A DNA stretch of 64,000 nucleotides, taken from the NCBI GenBank assembly GCA_016764875.1, contig JAESQX010000041.1:85-64084 (forward strand), written 5' to 3'. Source of the DNA: Gammaproteobacteria bacterium. GTDB lineage: Bacteria; Pseudomonadota; Gammaproteobacteria; Pseudomonadales; Pseudohongiellaceae. Positions within the stretch are counted from its first letter, which is position 1, and the number at the start of each line of letters is the position of its first letter. Position numbers and translations under genes: made by a program. This document shows, piece by piece, positions 7,493 through 17,160 of this stretch. The notes beneath the pieces are model-generated. The model made no database searches. It saw nothing but the letters and a program-made list of their open reading frames with translations, and was not told where the DNA came from.

Positions 7493-10239
7493 TGGCAAAT
7501 GAATCTGCCCCATTGATACTGGTTGACGGATCATCCTATTTGTTCCGAGCGTTTCATGCCTTACCTCCATTGATCTCTTCGCGCGGACAACCTACCGGTG
7601 CCGTAAAAGGGGTCATTAATATGATCCGCAGCCTGATCAAAAACTATCCCCAGAGTAATATCGCCATCGTGTTTGATGCCAAGGGGAAAACCTTCAGAAA
7701 CGAAATCTACTCTCAATACAAGGCTCACCGTCCGCCTATGCCGGACGAACTTAGAAGCCAGATCAAGCCCATTCATGAAATAGTACGGGCAATGGGATTG
7801 CCGCTACTTATAGTTGAAGGGGTGGAAGCCGACGATGTAATCGGTACGCTGGCTAACGAAGCCAGTAGCACCGGGGTTGATACGTTGATCTCTACTGGCG
7901 ACAAGGATTTGGCTCAGCTGGTTACAAAGCATGTGACCCTGATGAATACCATGACCAACGAGGTTCTGAACGAAGACGCAGTAAAGAATAAATTTGGTAT
8001 AACACCCGGCCAGATTGTTGACTACCTGGCGTTGGTTGGTGATAAAGCCGACAACATTCCCGGTGTACCAAGTGTGGGACCCAAAACAGCGGTTAAATGG
8101 CTTACAAATTTTAAAACCATGGAAGGGGTCATAGAACATGCTGGCGAAATATCCGGCAAGGTGGGTGAAAGACTAAGGGAAAACCTGCAACAACTACGAT
8201 TGTCCTACGAACTGGCAACTCTAAAGCTTGATGTTGAACTGGACTTCACTATCAACTTTCTGGTTCACGCCGAGCAAGACAACCAGGCACTGCACAAACT
8301 TTTTACCGAACTTGAATTCAAGACATGGGTAGCCGAGCTGGAGAAAAATGGCATTAGCGGGGACTACATTCCCCATGAAGACCCTGGCCTTGCTAACGAG
8401 CTTGACGCCCAGCCGTCTATCAGTCCCGAGAAGATTGACTATCAAACAATTACCTCTGAACAGAAACTGGATCAGCTAATAAAAGAACTGACAGGGAAAA
8501 ATCGTTTTTCAATTTCCCTGGAACACGATACAGAACATTTCATGGAATCAGCCTTAATTGGCATAGCCCTGTGTACGAATGCTGGACAGGCTTATTATAT
8601 ACCTGTAGGTCATGAATATTTGGACTGTCCGCCGCAGCTTGATGAAACACTAACCCTGGAAAAGCTGCGACCCCTTCTTGAAAGTAAAAAACATATTAAA
8701 GTTGGCTATGACCTTAAGACAATCAGCCATCTTTTAAATCATCACGGGATTAAATTTGCGCCTTTTAAAAGCGATGTGCTGCTTGCTTCCTACGTGCTGA
8801 ACTCGGTAGCCGTTAAGCATCTGTTGGTGAACATTGCCCGACACTACCTGGATGTACAACCGATTGAAATAGAAACTCTGCTTGGAAAAGGAAGAGGAAA
8901 ACTGGCTTTCCAGCAGCTGGATATTGAGCAAGCAACAAATTATGCGGCGGAAAAAGCAGACCTGATTTTAAGGCTGGGAATATTATTGGAACAAAAGCTT
9001 CAAAACACCGGGCATCTGTCAGGATTATACAATTATTATGAGCTTCCATTAATTCAGGTGCTTGGAAAAATGGAGCAAACTGGTGTCAAGGTCGACGCCG
9101 AAGCACTGGGAAAGCAGAGTGCTGAGATAGGCGATAAGCTGAGCGAAATAGAACTCTGTGTCTATAAAATAGCCGGAGAAGAGTTCAACCTGGCTTCTCC
9201 GAAACAATTGCAGACTATCTTGTATGAAAAACTGCAACTGCCGGTATTGAAAAAAACCAAGACAGGGCAGCCTTCTACCGCCGAACCAGTGTTGCAGGAA
9301 ATGGCACTGCAACATGAATTACCCAGGCTTATTCTTGATCATCGAAGTTTAAGTAAACTGAAATCCACCTATACCGACAAACTACCCCTGGAAATAAACA
9401 CACACACCGGGCGAATTCACTCCAGCTACCAGCAGGCCATAGCGGCAACAGGAAGATTGTCATCTACAGAGCCCAACTTGCAGAATATTCCTATACGCAC
9501 CAGCGAAGGCCGACGAGTGCGCAAGGCCTTTGTGAGTAAGGCAGGATACAAGCTATTGGCCGCCGATTACTCCCAGGTAGAGCTTCGTATCATGGCCCAT
9601 CTCTCTCAGGATCCGGGCCTGACTACTGCCTTCTCAAATGCTATGGATGTGCATAAGGCGACGGCGGCAGAGGTCTTTGGTATTGAGCTTGAAGAGGTAA
9701 ACAAAGAACAGCGCCGCAGCGCGAAAGCCATTAATTTCGGACTTATATACGGGATGTCGGCGTTTGGCCTGGCCAATCAACTGGGGATAGGCCGGCACGA
9801 AGCCCAGGAATACGTTGACCGCTATTTTGAAAAATACCCGGGTGTGCGTACTTATATGGACCAGACCCAGGCCCTTGCCGATGAGCAGGGATATGTCGAA
9901 ACCCTGTTCGGTAGACGGCTCTACCTGCCAGATATTCACGCCGGAAACGGCATGCTGCGCAAGGCGGCTCAACGCACTGCTATCAATGCCCCCATGCAGG
10001 GCACGGCTGCCGACATCATTAAACGAGCCATGATCGATATCGATCATTGGCTGCATGCCAGCGACCTTGACGCAAGGATGCTGATGCAGGTGCATGACGA
10101 ACTTATTTTCGAAGTATCAGAGCCGGATGTGGAATTACTGGCCGAGGGAGTGAAATTTCGAATGGCCTCCGCGGCAGCACTGAACGTGCCCCTGGTAGTT
10201 GACGTGGGTTTAGGAGATAACTGGGATGAAGCCCACTAG
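7492..10239 (+). CDS. polA: DNA polymerase I
   Basis: Full-length match to Pol I: 5' nuclease domain (LILVDGSSYLFRAFHA), central domain, and polymerase motifs DYSQVELRIMAH and QVHDE. I prefer the ATG at 7492 (MANESAPLILVDG), preceded by AGGAG at 7481-7485. The tracked ORF starts at 7468. Confidence 0.95.
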   Translation: MANESAPLILVDGSSYLFRAFHALPPLISSRGQPTGAVKGVINMIRSLIKNYPQSNIAIVFDAKGKTFRNEIYSQYKAHRPPMPDELRSQIKPIHEIVRAMGLPLLIVEGVEADDVIGTLANEASSTGVDTLISTGDKDLAQLVTKHVTLMNTMTNEVLNEDAVKNKFGITPGQIVDYLALVGDKADNIPGVPSVGPKTAVKWLTNFKTMEGVIEHAGEISGKVGERLRENLQQLRLSYELATLKLDVELDFTINFLVHAEQDNQALHKLFTELEFKTWVAELEKNGISGDYIPHEDPGLANELDAQPSISPEKIDYQTITSEQKLDQLIKELTGKNRFSISLEHDTEHFMESALIGIALCTNAGQAYYIPVGHEYLDCPPQLDETLTLEKLRPLLESKKHIKVGYDLKTISHLLNHHGIKFAPFKSDVLLASYVLNSVAVKHLLVNIARHYLDVQPIEIETLLGKGRGKLAFQQLDIEQATNYAAEKADLILRLGILLEQKLQNTGHLSGLYNYYELPLIQVLGKMEQTGVKVDAEALGKQSAEIGDKLSEIELCVYKIAGEEFNLASPKQLQTILYEKLQLPVLKKTKTGQPSTAEPVLQEMALQHELPRLILDHRSLSKLKSTYTDKLPLEINTHTGRIHSSYQQAIAATGRLSSTEPNLQNIPIRTSEGRRVRKAFVSKAGYKLLAADYSQVELRIMAHLSQDPGLTTAFSNAMDVHKATAAEVFGIELEEVNKEQRRSAKAINFGLIYGMSAFGLANQLGIGRHEAQEYVDRYFEKYPGVRTYMDQTQALADEQGYVETLFGRRLYLPDIHAGNGMLRKAAQRTAINAPMQGTAADIIKRAMIDIDHWLHASDLDARMLMQVHDELIFEVSEPDVELLAEGVKFRMASAAALNVPLVVDVGLGDNWDEAH

Positions 10240-10282
10240 AGTGTATTAATCGAGGCAGAACAGGTAGCTTCCCAATGCCCTG

Positions 10283-10903
10283 CTAGGGAGCCTCTGCCGC
10301 TGGTGAGCTGGAAAACCAGCCCTCCAGTTTCTTAGTCAGGGATTCAATCGCTTGCTGTTGCTGAACTGAAAACAGTTGTACAGAAACATCGGGGAATTCC
10401 CTCAGCTCTTTTTGCACCGCTAACAAGGTGTTTCGGGCCGCCCCCCGCTTCAATTTATCTGACTTGGTGAGCAGCAGATGCAAGGGGAGTTCTGACTGTA
10501 TCGCCCATTGAATCATCATGCGATCGAATTCCTTTAAAGGGTGTCTGACATCACTGAGCAATACCAGGGCCACCAGCGGCTCTCTTTTACGCAGGTACTT
10601 TTCAAGTTCACGCTGCCATTTATTCCTTACAGACAGGGGCACCTTGGCAAAACCATATCCCGGTAGATCCACCAGAAAACCGCCCGGCTCAATATTGAAG
10701 AAATTGATCAATTGAGTACGGCCCGGGGTTTTACTGATGCGAGCCAGGCTATTTTGCCCCGTTAGTGCATTGATGGCACTTGATTTTCCGGCATTGGAAC
10801 GGCCGGCAAAGGCTACCTCAACCTTGCTTTCAACCGGACACTCTGCCAGTTTAGAGGCGCTCACAGTAAATTGGGCGTTTCGAAAATTCATATTCTGAGC
10901 CAT
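10283..10903 (-). CDS. engB: ribosome biogenesis GTP-binding protein YihA/EngB
   Basis: 206 aa with G1 GRSNAGKSS, DLPGYG and TKSDK motifs. Confidence 0.92.
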   Translation of the reverse strand: MAQNMNFRNAQFTVSASKLAECPVESKVEVAFAGRSNAGKSSAINALTGQNSLARISKTPGRTQLINFFNIEPGGFLVDLPGYGFAKVPLSVRNKWQRELEKYLRKREPLVALVLLSDVRHPLKEFDRMMIQWAIQSELPLHLLLTKSDKLKRGAARNTLLAVQKELREFPDVSVQLFSVQQQQAIESLTKKLEGWFSSSPAAEAP

Positions 10904-11052
10904 GGGATCCCGTCAAAGGGAACGAATACTAGCAAATCTGCATTTGATGGTCTTGTGGATAGAGACCGTTTGGGAAATAAGTTATAATTCGCGACCGTAA
11001 AATGTGGCGATAAACAATATTTTAAGCGTTAAATGAAACCCTGGAATTAGCA

Positions 11053-11670
11053 ATGAAAAAATCAGCTGTCTTTTTAACATCTCTACTATGGCTTGTAAGT
11101 CTGGGCATGGCGCAAACAGTCGTTGCCCAGGGTAGTGCATCCGCAGGTGAAGCCAAAGTTGCACTGTGCGCTTCATGTCATGGTGCCGGTGGCAATAGCG
11201 TAATCCCCGAAAACCCCAAATTGGCAGGGCAGAACGCAAAATACATTATTAAGCAAATAATGGATTACAAGTCCGGTGCGCGGGAGAATCCTACTATGAC
11301 AGCCATGGTGGGAAGCCTTTCAGACCAGGATGTTGAGGATATAGCGGCCTATTATGCATCCCAATCAAGAGCAGTTGCCGGAGCTAATGCCGAGGGATTA
11401 GACCTTGGACAGACCCTTTATCGAGGGGGCAACAAAGATATTTCCATTGCAGCATGCACAGCTTGCCACTCTCCAACCGGCCAGGGCAATGCCCCTGCTG
11501 GATTTCCAGCCCTAGGGGGACAGCATTCAGCCTATACACTGGCTCAATTAAAAGCTTTTCGATCAGGTGATCGCAGCAATGATTCCAACGGGATGATGCG
11601 AACCGTCGTGGAGAGACTCACCGATAAAGAGCTTGAAGCCGTGGCCAACTATATTTCCGGATTAAACTAG
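11053..11670 (+). CDS. di-heme cytochrome c4
   Basis: 205 aa with a signal peptide and two CxxCH motifs (CASCH, CTACH) in two repeated class I cytochrome c domains. Confidence 0.9.
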   Translation: MKKSAVFLTSLLWLVSLGMAQTVVAQGSASAGEAKVALCASCHGAGGNSVIPENPKLAGQNAKYIIKQIMDYKSGARENPTMTAMVGSLSDQDVEDIAAYYASQSRAVAGANAEGLDLGQTLYRGGNKDISIAACTACHSPTGQGNAPAGFPALGGQHSAYTLAQLKAFRSGDRSNDSNGMMRTVVERLTDKELEAVANYISGLN

Positions 11671-11865
11671 GGAACCCTCTGGTAATTTAATAAGCGCGCT
11701 TTCGATGTCACTTCAAGTTTAGTGCCCTCGATGGCAGGATAAATCACAATAACGCCGTGATGCAGGGTATAGAAAGGGCCTGTACCGTGTGGTACTGTCA
11801 AAGACAAGAAATCCTGGCAGTTTTTTAACTTTAACCCACTAAACAGCCGACGACGGAGCACATTA

Positions 11866-12522
11866 ATGAACAAGCGATTAAAGCAGATTTTTGCGATTCT
11901 TATTCTGATGCCCCTGGCATTTTCCACTTTCGGACAACCGGCAAGGTATGTAGCAGGCACTCATTACGTAGAGCTTAACAACCCGGTGAGAACCAATGAT
12001 GATTCCAAAGTAGAGGTTGTGGAAGCTTTCTGGTACGGCTGTAGTCATTGTTTCAGATTTGAACCCCTGCTTCACGACTGGGCTTCCAACCAGGCGGGTG
12101 ACGTTGATTTTGTTCTGTTTCCAGCCCAATGGAATCAGCTGATGCAGATACATTCACAGCTTTACTACACGGCAGAGTCGCTTGATGTGGTTGATGTGAT
12201 CCATGAGCCCGCCTTTAACGCCATTAATGTTGAAGGTAATCGATTACAGAACGAGCGGCAGATTCGTGCCCTGTTTGAAGAGCACGGCGTCAGTGAAGAA
12301 GATTTTACCGCGGCTTTCAATTCATTCTCTGTGCGCACCAAGGTGAATCAGGGAAATCGACGCATGCAGGATTACCAGATTCGCAGTACGCCCAACATGA
12401 TAGTAAATGGCAAGTACATAATTACTACCGGTGAGGCCGTTCCAACTCAACAGGATATGTTGAATGTCGTTGATTTTCTTATAGAAAAGGAACGGCAGGC
12501 AATGGCCTCAGGGGGCGAGTAA
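11866..12522 (+). CDS. dsbA: thiol:disulfide interchange protein DsbA
   Basis: 218 aa with a signal peptide and thioredoxin-fold active site WYGCSHCF (CSHC rather than the common CPHC). Confidence 0.9.
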   Translation: MNKRLKQIFAILILMPLAFSTFGQPARYVAGTHYVELNNPVRTNDDSKVEVVEAFWYGCSHCFRFEPLLHDWASNQAGDVDFVLFPAQWNQLMQIHSQLYYTAESLDVVDVIHEPAFNAINVEGNRLQNERQIRALFEEHGVSEEDFTAAFNSFSVRTKVNQGNRRMQDYQIRSTPNMIVNGKYIITTGEAVPTQQDMLNVVDFLIEKERQAMASGGE

Positions 12523-12546
12523 GTTTAAACTTCAGCCTTGAAAATT

Positions 12547-12582
12547 AAGGCCGGCCCAGGGTATCCCGGACCGGCCTTTTTT
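12547..12582 (+). terminator. Rho-independent terminator after dsbA
   Basis: AAGGCCGG (12547-12554) pairs with CCGGCCTT (12571-12578) and is followed by a T-run to 12582. It sits between the convergent dsbA stop and the restored prlC stop. Confidence 0.7.
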
Positions 12583-12743
12583 GTGCCTGTAGAAAAAATA
12601 ATGCCTTGAAATCGGTACCGAGATTTAAGAGAACTGACCGCCATTAACAGGGATCCCTTTCTGCTCTAATAAAGCATCGATCTCCGGCTCCCGCCCCATA
12701 AAGTCCTTGAATAATTTCAGTGCCTTAACCGAGCCACCGCGAC

Positions 12744-14681
12744 TCAGAATTTTTCCCAGAAATTCTCTGCCTGTCTCGGCATTAAGAACGCCTTCTTTTT
12801 AAACCGGGAAAATACATCGGCTGAAAGCACCTCTGCCCAGAAATAGCTGTAGTAACCCGCGGCATAGCCACCGGCAAAAATATGGGAAAAACTGTTTTCG
12901 AAACGGTTAAATTCCGGCGCCGGATAAACCGCTGTTTTTTGCCTGGCCTGGAGAATGGTTTCCCGTACGTAACCTGGCTCCAGCTGGTCGAGCCCGACAT
13001 GGAGACTAAAGTCAAAAAGACCAAACTCCAGCTGTCGCACAATTTTCATTCCCGCTTGAAAGTTTCGCGCAGCCAGCATTTTTTCGAGCATTTGCTCTGG
13101 CAGTGGCTGACCCGTTTCATAATGGGATGATATTAATTGAATCGCCTCCTTGTCCCAACACCAGTTCTCCATTAACTGGCTGGGGAGCTCAACCGCATCC
13201 CAGGCAACGCCGTTAATTCCTGATACCCGCAAGTTGGATTCAATTGTTAATAAATGATGCAGCGTGTGCCCGAATTCGTGGAATAGGGTGGTTACCTCAA
13301 TATGGGTTAACAGCGATGGCTGCTTATTCGTACCTTCGGTAAAATTGCAAACCAGATAGGCGGCGGGAAGTGCAATGGTGCCGTCATCAAGTTCTCGGCG
13401 TGACCTGCATTCCGCCATCCAGGCTCCACTTCGCTTGTTCTCCCGAGTATAAAGATCCATAAAAAACCGGGCAATTAACTTATCATCTCTGTAAATATCA
13501 TAGCCCTTTACCGATGGGTGCCAGGTATCATACTTGCCGTTGGATTTAACCGTGACGCCATACAGCTGCTCAACAATGGAAAACAGGCCTTGTTTAACTC
13601 TGGTGATAGGAAAATATTCCCTGATTTCTTCAGAAGAAACATCGTATTGCTTTTTCCGTAGTTTCTCACTGTAATAAGCAACATCCCATGCCTGCAGTTC
13701 TGATTGACCCAAACTACCCGCGTATTCCTCTAATTCTTCAAACTCTTTTTCTGCGACAGGCCTGCCTTTTGCGATAAGGTCGTTGAGAAAGACAAGCACC
13801 TTGTCAGCACTACCTGCCATTTTTTTGGCTAACGAAAGCTCGGCGAAATTTTCATAACCGAGGATTGCTGCTTTTTCTTTACGTAGCTGCAGAATTTCAT
13901 TGATAACCGCTTCGTTGTTCCACTCATCGTCATATTCACTTTCTGCAGATGCCCTGGTTACAAAAGCGGTATAAATTTCTCGTCGCAGTTCTTCGCTATC
14001 GGCATATGTAGTTACGGCGTTGTAGCAGGGGAAATCCAGTGTTAGCAGATGCCCATCAAGTCCTTTTTGTTTGGCTGTGGTGGAAGCGGTTTCCAGTGCG
14101 AGTTCAGGTATTCCCCTGAGCTGCTTTGCATCTGTTACATGTTTACTCCAGGCGTGGGTTGCATCCAGAACATTGTTACTGAACCGGTTAGATTGCTGGT
14201 TCAATTGTTTCTCAATCTGTTTGAACTGTTGCTTTTGCTTGGATTCCAGGTCGACGCCAGCCAGGCGGAAATCCAGTTGATAATCCTCTATCACCTTTTT
14301 CTGGCTTTCTGTCAGGTTCAACTCTTCGCAACGCGTTGCCAGGGCAATAATTCGATCATAGAGCGGTTTGTTCTGGGATAAATTAGTTGAATACTCAGTC
14401 ACCATGCTCTGGCAACGGTCATAAATGATCCTGAGCTCGGAGCTGTTTTTGACACTATACAGATGACTTATGGTAGACCAGATATTGGTCAGGCGATCCT
14501 CCATATTATCCAGTACAGTAATTAAATTATCCCAGTCCAGTATCACATATTCTTCTGCGATCAGGGCCTTCAGCATTTTTTCATTTTCTGCAATGACCTG
14601 GCACATCGCCGGTTCTATATGATCGACTTTTATTTTAGAAAATGAGGGTAATACCTGATCAGACAGGAGCGGATTTTCCAT
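12744..14681 (-). CDS. prlC: oligopeptidase A (M3 metallopeptidase), C-terminus interrupted by an apparent frameshift
   Basis: 645-aa ORF with HEFGHTLHH zinc site and OpdA-like sequence throughout. Homology continues in the -1 frame down to a TAA at 12625-12627 (see finding). Confidence 0.9.
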   Translation of the reverse strand: MENPLLSDQVLPSFSKIKVDHIEPAMCQVIAENEKMLKALIAEEYVILDWDNLITVLDNMEDRLTNIWSTISHLYSVKNSSELRIIYDRCQSMVTEYSTNLSQNKPLYDRIIALATRCEELNLTESQKKVIEDYQLDFRLAGVDLESKQKQQFKQIEKQLNQQSNRFSNNVLDATHAWSKHVTDAKQLRGIPELALETASTTAKQKGLDGHLLTLDFPCYNAVTTYADSEELRREIYTAFVTRASAESEYDDEWNNEAVINEILQLRKEKAAILGYENFAELSLAKKMAGSADKVLVFLNDLIAKGRPVAEKEFEELEEYAGSLGQSELQAWDVAYYSEKLRKKQYDVSSEEIREYFPITRVKQGLFSIVEQLYGVTVKSNGKYDTWHPSVKGYDIYRDDKLIARFFMDLYTRENKRSGAWMAECRSRRELDDGTIALPAAYLVCNFTEGTNKQPSLLTHIEVTTLFHEFGHTLHHLLTIESNLRVSGINGVAWDAVELPSQLMENWCWDKEAIQLISSHYETGQPLPEQMLEKMLAARNFQAGMKIVRQLEFGLFDFSLHVGLDQLEPGYVRETILQARQKTAVYPAPEFNRFENSFSHIFAGGYAAGYYSYFWAEVLSADVFSRFKKKAFLMPRQAENFWEKF

Positions 14682-14723
14682 ATTTCACCTGAGTGGTTTA
14701 AGCCGGCCTACTAGCCCGACGGT

Positions 14724-15542
14724 TTAGTTTGCGTCCCTTAAATGGCGAATTACCGGGGCGGTATCCGGCCTCATGTGGCACCAGATATTGAAAGATTCAG
14801 CGGCCTGCTCAACCAGCATCCCCAAGCCGTCCAGCGCCAGGGAAGCGCCATGGTTTTTGCTCCAGGTCACGAAGTCTGTGTCACGGCTTGCGTACATCAA
14901 GTCATAACAGCAGCATCCGCCTCCGATTAAGGACGGCGAAATAGGTGGAACCTTACCCTGCAGCCCAAGAGACGTGCCATTGATTATCAAGTCATACTGC
15001 CTTTGTGGTAACTCACTGTATGACCCGATCTCAATGGGTAACAGGCTTTCAAATTCATGCTGAAGATGGCGAGCTTTTGATTCGGTCCTATTCAGCAGGG
15101 TAATGCGTTGCGGCGGCTCCTTCGCCAGCCCACTGAGAACACCTCGAACGGCGCCTCCGGCGCCCAGAATAAGAACATTCCGACCCTTTAACACTACGGA
15201 GTGATTGACAGTTATATCAGTCACAAACCCGACTCCATCGGTGTTATCCCCCACCAACCGCTGTTGCTTATCCAGGAAAAGGGTATTGACCGCCCGGGCA
15301 AGCTGGCAGCGACTTGAACAGTTTTCCACCAGATGAAATGCCATTTCCTTGAATGGCACGGTTATGTTTAAACCATTGCCACCGCCTGCAAAGAAATTTG
15401 TAACAAAGTTTTCAAATTCGCCATGCTCAACTTTTACCCGGGAATAATCCACAGACAAACCTATCTGCTTTGCAAACAGCGAATGAATCAAAGGGGATTT
15501 GCTGTGGCTGACAGGATTGCCCACAACGGCAAAGCGTAACAA
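14724..15542 (-). CDS. aroE: shikimate dehydrogenase
   Basis: 272 aa from a TTG start, with N-terminal VVGNPVSHSKSPLIH, NITVPFK and GAGGA motifs. Confidence 0.92.
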   Translation of the reverse strand: MLRFAVVGNPVSHSKSPLIHSLFAKQIGLSVDYSRVKVEHGEFENFVTNFFAGGGNGLNITVPFKEMAFHLVENCSSRCQLARAVNTLFLDKQQRLVGDNTDGVGFVTDITVNHSVVLKGRNVLILGAGGAVRGVLSGLAKEPPQRITLLNRTESKARHLQHEFESLLPIEIGSYSELPQRQYDLIINGTSLGLQGKVPPISPSLIGGGCCCYDLMYASRDTDFVTWSKNHGASLALDGLGMLVEQAAESFNIWCHMRPDTAPVIRHLRDAN

Positions 15543-15642
15543 GACGAATTATCCTTTTTGATTTGAGTTGAACGGAAAAGTTAAAACAATTGTCCGCTCA
15601 TTTTACTCACAAATCTTTGAAAACCGATAGAGCCTGGCAATT

Positions 15643-16584
<942 letters not shown>

Positions 16585-16588
16585 TTAC

Positions 16589-17140
16589 CTACCGCAGCAC
16601 TTTCCCGGATACCAGGTCCCTGATCGTAGAGGGCTTCGTCTTTAAGCCAAGTTGCCCGGGAAGAATGTAGTCAAGTTTATCCCCAAGGAGCCTCTGCAAT
16701 TTTAATCTGGATCTAATTTCCGGCTTTCCAGCCAGATTTGCAGAAGTAGATACAATCATTCCTTCAAACGACTGACAAAGCTCTTTTACAAGTGGGTGAG
16801 CGCTTACTCTAATTGCGACACTATTATGAGAGCCTTTCAGCCAGGAAGGCAGGAGCTTGTCCGAGTCAGGTAATAACCAAGTCGTTGCTCCTGGCCAGCT
16901 ATTTCCCAGAGTTACTCTTTGCTTTGTGGTTAAGCGATCAAACAAAGGCCCAAGCTGCTGAATTGAGGCTGCCACCAATATCAGACCCTTTTCAACCGGC
17001 CTCTGCTTTATAGCCAGTAATCTCATCACGGCCAGCTCGTTCCATGGGTCACAACCCAAGCCCCAGACTGCCTCCGTAGGATAGGCAATAACGCCTCCCT
17101 GAAACAGACTGTTTCGAGCTAGTTTGATAGGTAGCTTGAT
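16589..17140 (-). CDS. tsaC: threonylcarbamoyl-AMP synthase (YrdC/TsaC family); start codon uncertain
   Basis: The tracked ORF starts at TTG 17059 (GCDPWNE...). The same frame stays open upstream and encodes the conserved GGVIAYPTEAVWGLGCDPW motif. There is no ATG, GTG or TTG before the purE stop. The 17140 end assumes an ATC start and is tentative. Confidence 0.75.
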   Translation of the reverse strand: MKLPIKLARNSLFQGGVIAYPTEAVWGLGCDPWNELAVMRLLAIKQRPVEKGLILVAASIQQLGPLFDRLTTKQRVTLGNSWPGATTWLLPDSDKLLPSWLKGSHNSVAIRVSAHPLVKELCQSFEGMIVSTSANLAGKPEIRSRLKLQRLLGDKLDYILPGQLGLKTKPSTIRDLVSGKVLR

Positions 17141-17160
17141 TAGAAATACCCTGGCTGGTT

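Noticed and set aside
10953-10961. 8/9 DnaA-box-like 9-mers: TGTGGATAG here, TATGGATAA at 26892-26900 and TTATCCAAA near 3141.
   Set aside because: By my estimate, roughly a dozen one-mismatch matches are expected by chance in 64 kb on both strands. These are isolated, so I do not call them functional.
11667-11960. 97-aa minus-strand ORF spanning the cytochrome c4/dsbA spacer.
   Set aside because: It would have to start about 95 nt inside dsbA. It has no internal start or RBS, and its sequence is not protein-like. The spacer more likely holds the dsbA promoter and a weak hairpin plus T-run (about 11795-11826).
12796-12800. Programmed -1 ribosomal frameshifting as the primary explanation for the prlC break.
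   Set aside because: The motif is T-AAA-AAG rather than the efficient A-AAA-AAG. I see no obvious downstream stimulatory structure, and no precedent for recoding in opdA is known to me. A homopolymer indel is more parsimonious, so recoding is mentioned only as an alternative in the finding.
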